NCBI GenBank assembly: GCA_041671365.1
Contig: JBAZBP010000004.1
Coordinates: 5,874 to 69,873 of the forward strand
DNA from: Patescibacteria group bacterium
GTDB lineage: Bacteria; Patescibacteriota; Patescibacteriia; Patescibacteriales; UBA12465
Direction: 5' to 3'
DNA: 64,000 nucleotides
This document shows positions 56,777 through 64,000 of the stretch, one piece after another; positions within the stretch are counted from its first letter, which is position 1, and each line of letters starts with the position of its first letter. The notes beneath the pieces were generated by a model. The model did not search any database. It was not told the DNA's origin and was given only the letters and a program-made list of their open reading frames with translations. Position numbers and translations under genes: made by a program.

Positions 56777-58060
56777 ATGGAAGAGAAAAAAATAGAAGAG
56801 CTTAGCGAGTTTGAAAAATTATTAGCCAAAGACAATATTAAAATTCCTCAGGTTGGTGATATTGTCAAAGGTACTATTGTAGCCGCTTCTAAAGCGGAAG
56901 TGAAATTAGATGTGGATGGTGTTTTAATGGGTATCATTCGTGGACCGGAACTTTATAACGAAGTTGAGGAATTTTCTAGCTTAAAACCGGGCGATGAAAT
57001 TGAGGCCGCGGTTATTGATGCCGAAAACGAAAACGGAGAACTGGAACTATCCTTCCGTTTGGTCGGTCAAGAAAAAGCCTGGAAGAAATTACGAGAAGCT
57101 CTTAAAGATAAAACGACGGTTAAAGTTAAAATCATGGATGCCAATAAGGGCGGCCTGTTAAGTCGTTATTGTCAGATTGACGGATTTTTGCCGGTTTCTC
57201 AATTGGCCCCGGAAAATTATCCGAGAATATCCGGAGGCGATAAGAGTAAAATTTTAGAAAAATTAAAATCTTTTGTCGGACAGGAATTTGAAGTTACGGT
57301 TATTACTTTAAGCGAAGAAGATAATAAAATTATTTTCAGCGAAAAAGATGTTTGGAATAAAAAACAGAAACCGGCCCTAGATAAGTATAAATTAGGCATG
57401 GAAGTTGAGGGACGAATTACCGCCATTACTAATTTTGGAGTCTTTGTTTCTTTTGGAGAAAATATTGAAGGTTTAATTCATATATCCGAATTAGCTTGGC
57501 AGAGAATCGATTCGCCGAGTGAAATGTATAAAGTCGGTGATTCTATAAAAGCGGCCATTATTTCTATTGACGGCGCAAAAGTATTTTTGAGCGCTAAAAA
57601 ATTATTAAAAGATCCTTGGATGGAGGCCAGTGCTAAATATCATATCGGTCAAATCGTCAGCGGTACGATTTTAAAGATTAATCCTTTCGGTTTGTTTGTT
57701 AAACTGGACGAGGAAATTCACGGGTTAGCTCACATTAGTCAATTAAATTTAGATGCTAAGGAAAAAATTACGGATTTATTTAAAGCTGATGAAGTACTAG
57801 ATTTTGAGGTGGTGAGTATTTCTCCCAGTGAACATCGTTTGGGTTTGAAGTTAGGATTGGTCGGCTCTAAGAATAATAAATCAGAGAAAGAGACTAAAGT
57901 TAGTTTGGACGCTAAGAAAGAAAAAAAAGCGGATAAAGAAGAAAAACCAAAAAAAAGCGAGAAACTGGTAAAAATTAAAAATATTGAAAAAAAAGAAGAA
58001 ACTACTCCGATTGTCGAAGATAAAATAAAAAAAGTTAAAACAGTTAAAAAAAATAAATAA
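56777..58060 (+). CDS. rpsA: 30S ribosomal protein S1 (four S1 domains plus K-rich tail)
   Basis: Track ORF from GTG 56696; ATG at 56777 is preceded by AAAGGAG. Repeated S1 motifs (GDIVKGTIV, GFLPVSQL, GRITAITNFGVFV, GTILKINPFGLFV). Confidence 0.88.
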   Translation: MEEKKIEELSEFEKLLAKDNIKIPQVGDIVKGTIVAASKAEVKLDVDGVLMGIIRGPELYNEVEEFSSLKPGDEIEAAVIDAENENGELELSFRLVGQEKAWKKLREALKDKTTVKVKIMDANKGGLLSRYCQIDGFLPVSQLAPENYPRISGGDKSKILEKLKSFVGQEFEVTVITLSEEDNKIIFSEKDVWNKKQKPALDKYKLGMEVEGRITAITNFGVFVSFGENIEGLIHISELAWQRIDSPSEMYKVGDSIKAAIISIDGAKVFLSAKKLLKDPWMEASAKYHIGQIVSGTILKINPFGLFVKLDEEIHGLAHISQLNLDAKEKITDLFKADEVLDFEVVSISPSEHRLGLKLGLVGSKNNKSEKETKVSLDAKKEKKADKEEKPKKSEKLVKIKNIEKKEETTPIVEDKIKKVKTVKKNK

Positions 58061-58080
58061 TTTTTAAATCGTTTTGCTGA

Positions 58081-58105
58081 AAATGCCCAAAAATTGGGCA
58101 TTTTT
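58081..58105 (+). terminator. Intrinsic terminator after rpsA
   Basis: Hairpin AAATGCCCAA / TTGGGCATTT followed by Ts. Confidence 0.7.
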
Positions 58106-58183
58106 AGGATTTATTTAATTTTTAGCAATTGCCAAGCCGCTTATTCTGTTCTATAATAAAGATGCTTATTTAAGTTTAATTAC

Positions 58184-60010
58184 ATGAAAAAATTAATTAG
58201 AAATTTTTTATTATTTTTTATCGTTTTTTTGTTGATTGCGGCTATTTTTAGCTCTTTTTCCGGATCGGGTACACCACCGGAGACGGTTGGCGTTGAAGCT
58301 TTGATTAACCAAATTAATTCTGGACAGGTCTCGGAGTTAGTGGTTGTCGGCAACAAGATTAATGTGACCCTAAAAGACGGGAAGAAAGAAATTATTCAGA
58401 AAGAAGCTAGTGAGTCTTTATCGACGATGCTGAATAATTTTAAAGTTGATCCGGCTAAAACCGTGGGAGTAAAAATTTCCGTGGCCGACGAAAGCGGCTG
58501 GAATTATTGGTTGACTAACATTATTCCTTTCGTTGTACCATTTCTGCTGGTTGGAGTATTTTTATTTTTTATGATGCGCGGCTTACAAGGCGCTAATTCT
58601 AAGGCTATGAGTTTTGGCCAGTCAACCGCTAAAGATTTTAGTCCGGATGAAAAGAATCGAGTAACCTTTAAAGATGTGGCCGGAGCCAAGGAGGCTAAAG
58701 AAGAGCTGCAGGAAATTGTAGAATTCTTAAAATTTCCTAAAAAGTTTCATGATTTGGGAGCTAAAATTCCTCGGGGCGTCTTATTGTTGGGCGCACCGGG
58801 AACCGGAAAAACATTATTGGCTCGTTCTGTGGCCGGTGAAGCGCAAGTACCATTTTTTCATATGTCCGGCTCAGAATTTGTGGAAATGTTTGTAGGTGTC
58901 GGCGCCAGTCGGGTCCGATCTCTATTTCAAAAAGCCAAAAAAAGCGCTCCTTGTATTTTATTTATAGATGAAATTGATGCGGTCGGCCGTCGTCGCGGTT
59001 CCGGTTTAGGCGGCAGTCACGATGAACGTGAACAAACCTTGAATCAAATTTTAGTGGAGATGGACGGTTTTGAACCGACACAAAATATTATTGTTATTGC
59101 CGCGACCAATCGACCCGATGTTTTAGATCCCGCCCTGCTGCGCCCCGGACGCTTTGATCGACGAGTAACAATTGATTTGCCGGACCTAAAAGACCGTGAA
59201 GCGATTCTTCGGGTTCATGTGCTTAAGAAGCCGCTAGCTAAAAATGTTAATTTAAAAACTATTGCCGAAAGAACGGCTGGGTTTTCCGGAGCGGATCTGG
59301 CGAATATTTTAAATGAAGCGGCGATTCTGGCTGCTCGTAATACTCGTAAAGAAATTATTAATGAAGATCTTTTTGAGGCGATCGAGAAGGTGATGATCGG
59401 TCCGGAGCGTAAGAGTCGGGTCATTACCGATAAAGAAAAAAAGATTACCGCCTATCATGAGGCCGGGCACGCTCTGGTGGCGCACTTTTTATTCGACATG
59501 GATCCAGTTCATAAAATTTCCATTATTTCTCGGGGATCGGCTGGCGGCTATACTTTAAAAGTTCCTTCCGAAGACCATCACATGCATGCTAAATCGGAGT
59601 TTATTTCCGAAATTGCCGTGCTTCTAGGCGGTCATTTAGTAGAAAAAGAAATTTTTGGAGAAGTAACGACCGGAGCCACTTCGGATTTACGACGCGCCAC
59701 TGCCTTGGCTCGCAGTCTGGTGACAGACTATGGAATGAGCGATAATCTGGGTCCGCGTACTTACGGGGAGAAGGAAGAAATGATTTTCTTGGGCCGAGAA
59801 ATTCACGAACAACGAGATTATAGTGAAAAAATAGCCGAGAAGATTGACGAGGAGATCTCCGGTTTCATTAAACAAGGAGAAACTAAGGCGGCCGCCATTA
59901 TTAATGCTCAGAAAATTTCTCTGGAAAAAATTGTCGCGGTTCTCCTGGAGAAAGAAACCATTGAGAAAGCGGAGTTCGAAAGTATTGTCGGTCCCAAGCC
60001 TCTCATTTAA
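58184..60010 (+). CDS. ftsH: ATP-dependent zinc metalloprotease FtsH
   Basis: 608-aa ORF with two TM helices, Walker A GAPGTGKT, Walker [13 protein letters not shown] region and zinc site HEAGHA. Confidence 0.95.
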   Translation: MKKLIRNFLLFFIVFLLIAAIFSSFSGSGTPPETVGVEALINQINSGQVSELVVVGNKINVTLKDGKKEIIQKEASESLSTMLNNFKVDPAKTVGVKISVADESGWNYWLTNIIPFVVPFLLVGVFLFFMMRGLQGANSKAMSFGQSTAKDFSPDEKNRVTFKDVAGAKEAKEELQEIVEFLKFPKKFHDLGAKIPRGVLLLGAPGTGKTLLARSVAGEAQVPFFHMSGSEFVEMFVGVGASRVRSLFQKAKKSAPCILFIDEIDAVGRRRGSGLGGSHDEREQTLNQILVEMDGFEPTQNIIVIAATNRPDVLDPALLRPGRFDRRVTIDLPDLKDREAILRVHVLKKPLAKNVNLKTIAERTAGFSGADLANILNEAAILAARNTRKEIINEDLFEAIEKVMIGPERKSRVITDKEKKITAYHEAGHALVAHFLFDMDPVHKISIISRGSAGGYTLKVPSEDHHMHAKSEFISEIAVLLGGHLVEKEIFGEVTTGATSDLRRATALARSLVTDYGMSDNLGPRTYGEKEEMIFLGREIHEQRDYSEKIAEKIDEEISGFIKQGETKAAAIINAQKISLEKIVAVLLEKETIEKAEFESIVGPKPLI

Positions 60011-60152
60011 GCTTCCCAGTGTTTGAGTTTGACTAATACTCGTAATAAGTTATACTAAAAATATATTAATAATAAGAAGATTATAAATTTTTTTGGAATT
60101 ATAAATTGTTAAGATTTTAGAATTCTAATAATATTCATAACTCGAGACTAAT

Positions 60153-60350
60153 ATGGCTAATCCTAAAAAACGTAAGACCCATAGTTCGACCCATAAAGGT
60201 CGTTCTCACTTGGCCTTAAAGAAAATAGTTTTAAATAAATGCTCAAAATGTGGTAAAGCCGTAAAACCGCATACCGTTTGTGTTTCTTGTGGTTATTATA
60301 ACGGGAAAGAAGTTCTCAAGATCAAATTAAAAACCGCTAAGAAAAAATAG
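60153..60350 (+). CDS. rpmF: 50S ribosomal protein L32
   Basis: 65-aa ORF with MANPKKRKTHS N-terminus and CxxC...CxxC zinc ribbon (CSKCGK...CVSCG). Confidence 0.9.
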   Translation: MANPKKRKTHSSTHKGRSHLALKKIVLNKCSKCGKAVKPHTVCVSCGYYNGKEVLKIKLKTAKKK

Positions 60351-60375
60351 ATAATTTCTTAAATAAAAATAAATT

Positions 60376-60888
60376 ATGTCCAATCGTCATTTAGCCCGGA
60401 CAATCGCTCTGCAAACTCTGTTTGCCTGGGATTTTAATGGTCAAAAAAAGGGCGATATTGAAAGAATAATCGTAGATAATTTTGCTAATTTTGCTCCTAA
60501 TTTTGATGACGGTGGATTTGTAAAAAATTTAGTTATCGGCGTTAAAGATAATCTAGCGACGATTAATAAATATATTATTAAATATGCCACCGAGTGGCCG
60601 TTAGATCAGATTACTACTATTGATCGTAATATTTTGCGTATCGGTATTTATGAATTATTGTATACGGCTATCCCGCCGCGAGTAGCGATCAATGAGGCGA
60701 TTGAAGTTGCTAAAACTTTTGGTAGCGACGCTTCGGGGAAGTTTATTAATGGGGTTTTAGGTGCGCTATATAATGATGAACCGGAAATTCAAACTCGAGA
60801 TAACAAAGAAGAAGTTGAAGCGGCTAAACAGGAAGAAGAAAAAGCTGACGAATCAGCCTCCACGCCGCCGGGCGTGATCAGCAAATAA
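60376..60888 (+). CDS. nusB: Transcription antitermination factor NusB
   Basis: 170-aa ORF with [17 protein letters not shown] start and [12 protein letters not shown] block, plus an acidic tail. Confidence 0.85.
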   Translation: MSNRHLARTIALQTLFAWDFNGQKKGDIERIIVDNFANFAPNFDDGGFVKNLVIGVKDNLATINKYIIKYATEWPLDQITTIDRNILRIGIYELLYTAIPPRVAINEAIEVAKTFGSDASGKFINGVLGALYNDEPEIQTRDNKEEVEAAKQEEEKADESASTPPGVISK

Positions 60889-60923
60889 TTGGAGTGCCTG
60901 ATTTTTAGGCCACCGAATTTTAT

Positions 60924-61622
60924 ATGAATACTAATGATTTAGTAAAACTACAGAAAAGATTGGGAGTAAAGTTTAAAAACGAAGGATTTTTAAAACAGTC
61001 TTTAGTCCATCGTTCTTATTTGAACGAGCATCCAGATTTCACTATCGGCCATAATGAAAGACTAGAATTTTTAGGCGATGCGGTTTTAGAAATTGTCGTG
61101 ACGGAATTTTTATATTTAAATTTTACCGAGACGCCGGAAGGAGATTTAACTAATTGGCGCGCCTCTCTGGTCAACGCTAAAATGCTGTATGAAATAGCGC
61201 GGGAATTAGGGATTGAAGAGTGTCTTTATTTGTCCAAAGGAGAATCGCGTGATAAAAATAAAAAATCACGTCAGTTTATTTTAGCCAATGCCGTGGAAGC
61301 GATTATCGGCGCGATGTATTTAGATCAAGGATTGGAAGTAGCTAAAAAATTTATTTTAAAAAATGTTGTTTCTAAACTTGACGATATCTTACGCAACCAG
61401 TCTTACCTTGATCCTAAATCTCGTTTTCAAGAAAAGGCTCAAGAAATTCGCGGCATCACCCCTCATTATCAGATTTTGGACGAGAAAGGTCCGGATCATG
61501 CGAAAATTTTTACCGTGGGGCTTTATATAGAAGAAGAACTGATTACGACTGGAGAAGGATCGTCCAAGCAGGAAGCCCAGGTTGATGCCGCCGCCAAAGG
61601 AATTAAAAAAATGAATTGGTAA
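60924..61622 (+). CDS. rnc: Ribonuclease III
   Basis: 232-aa ORF with RNase III signature NERLEFLGDAVLE and a C-terminal dsRBD. Confidence 0.92.
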   Translation: MNTNDLVKLQKRLGVKFKNEGFLKQSLVHRSYLNEHPDFTIGHNERLEFLGDAVLEIVVTEFLYLNFTETPEGDLTNWRASLVNAKMLYEIARELGIEECLYLSKGESRDKNKKSRQFILANAVEAIIGAMYLDQGLEVAKKFILKNVVSKLDDILRNQSYLDPKSRFQEKAQEIRGITPHYQILDEKGPDHAKIFTVGLYIEEELITTGEGSSKQEAQVDAAAKGIKKMNW

Positions 61623-61696
61623 TCGATATTCGATTGGCAATTAATACTGGATAAATAATAATTATTTATTATTATATTTTAATTTCTAATTAATCT

Positions 61697-62755
61697 ATGG
61701 ATATAAATAATCTTTTTAAACTAGCGGCTGAAAATAATGCTTCCGATATTCATCTGCTCTATGATCAGCCGCCGATTTTACGAATCGACGGAGAGCTTTT
61801 TGATATTAATAAAATTGTTTCCGGTACTATTTTTCCTCCCCTAACTCCTACCATGTTAGGGCTTTTCATTGATAAATTATTAACCAAAGAACAAAAGGTG
61901 CGTTTCTTAGATAAACGTGATTTAGACTTAAGCTATCAGGTAGATGATTATCGTTTTCGGGTTAACCTAGCCTATGAAAAGAACAATATTATGATTGTCG
62001 CTCGGGTAATTTCGGAAAAAAAACAGACCTTAGAAGAATTAGGTATGCCAACCGTAGTTAATGATTTATTAAATTTACCCCAGGGTTTTATTTTGGTGAC
62101 CGGACCGACGGGCTGCGGAAAGTCTACGACGCTTGCCGCTATGATTCATCTCATTAATAGTACACGCAGCTGTAACATTATTACTCTGGAGGATCCGATT
62201 GAATATGTTTTTACGTCCGAGAAAAGTATTATTTCTCAGAGACAACTCGGAACAGATATGTTAACTTTCGGCAGCGGATTAAAGCATGTTTTGCGCCAAG
62301 ATCCGAATGTTATTATGCTTGGAGAAATGCGTGATCTAGAAACAATTTCTACGGCTGTGACCTTGGCGGAAACTGGACATTTAGTTTTGGCGACCTTACA
62401 CACTTATAGCGCGGCTCAGACGATTGATCGAATTATTGATACTTTTCCGCCCTACCAACAAAATCAAATTAAATCACAATTATCGGCCGTTTTAACGGCG
62501 GTTATTTCTCAAAGGTTATTATCTAAGCAGGGTGGCGGCCGAGTAGCCGCTCATGAAGTTTTGATCAATAATAAGGCAGTGGCTAATTTAATCAGAGAAG
62601 GGAAACTAGCCCAGATCAAAAGTACCATTGAAACCAATTCCGGTATCGGTATGATTACTCTGGATCGCCATATCAAGCAGTTATATCAGGCGGGGGAAAT
62701 TAGCCGGGAAACGGCCGAAAGAAATATGGAAGACTCGCAGATGCTAAATGATTAA
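61697..62755 (+). CDS. pilT: Type IV pilus retraction ATPase PilT
   Basis: 352-aa ORF with Walker A GPTGCGKST, Asp box, Walker B VIMLGEMRD and His box GHLVLATLHT. Confidence 0.9.
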   Translation: MDINNLFKLAAENNASDIHLLYDQPPILRIDGELFDINKIVSGTIFPPLTPTMLGLFIDKLLTKEQKVRFLDKRDLDLSYQVDDYRFRVNLAYEKNNIMIVARVISEKKQTLEELGMPTVVNDLLNLPQGFILVTGPTGCGKSTTLAAMIHLINSTRSCNIITLEDPIEYVFTSEKSIISQRQLGTDMLTFGSGLKHVLRQDPNVIMLGEMRDLETISTAVTLAETGHLVLATLHTYSAAQTIDRIIDTFPPYQQNQIKSQLSAVLTAVISQRLLSKQGGGRVAAHEVLINNKAVANLIREGKLAQIKSTIETNSGIGMITLDRHIKQLYQAGEISRETAERNMEDSQMLND

Positions 62756-62789
62756 TCTGATGATGCAAAAAATATAATAAATTTTTTAT

Positions 62790-62815
62790 AAATGGCCAAA
62801 TTTTGGCCATTTTTT
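62790..62815 (+). terminator. Intrinsic terminator after pilT
   Basis: Palindrome AAATGGCCAAA / TTTGGCCATTT followed by a T-run. Confidence 0.7.
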
Positions 62816-62831
62816 GCACACTTTGTCCCCC

Positions 62832-62859
62832 TTGACATTCTTTTTAAAAAGGTTATAAT
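62832..62859 (+). promoter_or_regulatory. Consensus promoter ~300 nt upstream of the 23S rRNA
   Basis: TTGACA (62832-62837), 16-nt spacer, TATAAT (62854-62859). Confidence 0.6.
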
Positions 62860-62968
62860 TGTTAACAGTTTTAACAGGGCTGTAAAAGCTCAGAATAATA
62901 TGAAAAAACTCTTAAGTTTCCGGTCTAATAAGCGATTCTAATTAATTGGCTATTTTGCGATTACTTAG

Positions 62969-62991
62969 AACCGCCTAACAGCGGTTTTTTT
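62969..62991 (+). promoter_or_regulatory. Hairpin plus T-run in the 23S leader (terminator-like or boxB-like)
   Basis: AACCGC-CTAACA-GCGGTT stem-loop followed by 7 Ts. Sits just upstream of a boxA-like sequence. Confidence 0.45.
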
Positions 62992-62999
62992 GCGCCCTG

Positions 63000-63012
63000 T
63001 GTCCCTTAACAA
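63000..63012 (+). promoter_or_regulatory. boxA-like antitermination element
   Basis: TGTCCCTTAACAA matches the recalled E. coli rrn boxA TGCTCTTTAACAA at 10 of 13 positions. Located ~145 nt upstream of the 23S 5' end. Confidence 0.4.
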
Positions 63013-63157
63013 TTAATGTTAGAGTAAAGACATCAAAAATATAAAGTAAAACTAATATTTTATCCTTTGTATCTCAAATTTTTCGTCCGAGAAGCAAGGG
63101 GCTGTAATAAAATATTAAAAAACGCGCTTTTTGTAGCTTTAAAAATAAAAGCGTGGG

Positions 63158-64000
<843 letters not shown>

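Noticed and set aside
3475-61640. About 40 ORF-track entries lie antisense to, or nested in, strong conserved genes. Examples: 3475..3819, 5536..5793, 6187..6459, 13246..13458, 14647..14892, 17125..17328, 22623..22886, 27854..28165, 28866..29204, 29421..29648, 32191..32496, 41479..41820, 44339..44617, 48156..48446, 51584..51886, 52642..52941, 53253..53564, 54777..55076, 55213..55620, 55730..56173, 57739..58101, 59215..59424, 61389..61640.
   Set aside because: Each overlaps a CDS with clear family motifs on the other strand or frame. Their translations are low-complexity or compositionally odd with no recognisable motifs. They are treated as shadow ORFs.
62900-62941. 12-codon mini-ORF (MKKLLSFRSNKRF) in the 23S leader, considered as a possible leader peptide.
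   Set aside because: It has no Shine-Dalgarno sequence and no obvious relation to the downstream hairpin. It cannot be distinguished from chance in AT-rich sequence.

Overview
This is a 64-kb AT-rich bacterial chromosome segment, densely coding. It uses the standard genetic code: TGA acts as a stop, for example at the end of valS.

**Core content.** The window spans the replication-origin neighbourhood. rpmH-rnpA-yidD-yidC lie on the minus strand and dnaA-dnaN on the plus strand, with DnaA boxes between dnaA and dnaN. Most other genes are housekeeping: pth (partial), dprA, topA, pheS/pheT, valS, a class A PBP, glyA, folD, recQ, trxA, nusA, an H+-pyrophosphatase, tig, smpB plus tmRNA, rpsA, ftsH, rpmF, nusB, rnc and pilT. 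The window ends with the first ~840 nt of a 23S rRNA that has no 16S gene in front of it.

**RNA genes.** All were folded by hand: tRNA-Ile(UAU), tRNA-Val(GAC), tRNA-Arg(UCU), tRNA-His(GUG), tRNA-Leu(UAA), tRNA-Gly(GCC), tmRNA and the partial 23S.

**Likely organism (inference).** Gene content suggests a small-genome Patescibacteria/CPR-type organism. The supporting features are a T4SS-pilin-like small secreted protein, a DUF5667-type protein next to an ECF sigma factor, K/E-rich tails on NusA and S1, a lone PilT, a membrane pyrophosphatase and a bacterial Elp3.

**Accessory-looking region.** The stretch ~46.4-56.7 kb lies directly downstream of the tmRNA/tRNA-Leu/tRNA-Gly cluster. It holds orphan small secreted and membrane proteins, a lexA/Y-family polymerase cassette with a Cheo-box-like operator, a DMT-like transporter, an orphan PAS histidine kinase, an ECF sigma pair and a SIMPL protein.

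**Most unusual observation.** A ~157-nt GC-rich, self-complementary element sits at 46436-46592, boxed in by terminators. Its minus-strand 3' end looks like the 3' end of a tRNA (GTTCGATCC...ACCA). I cannot fold it as a tRNA or assign it to any RNA family I know.

**Not seen.** I found no CRISPR array, transposase, integrase or recognisable defence or toxin system.
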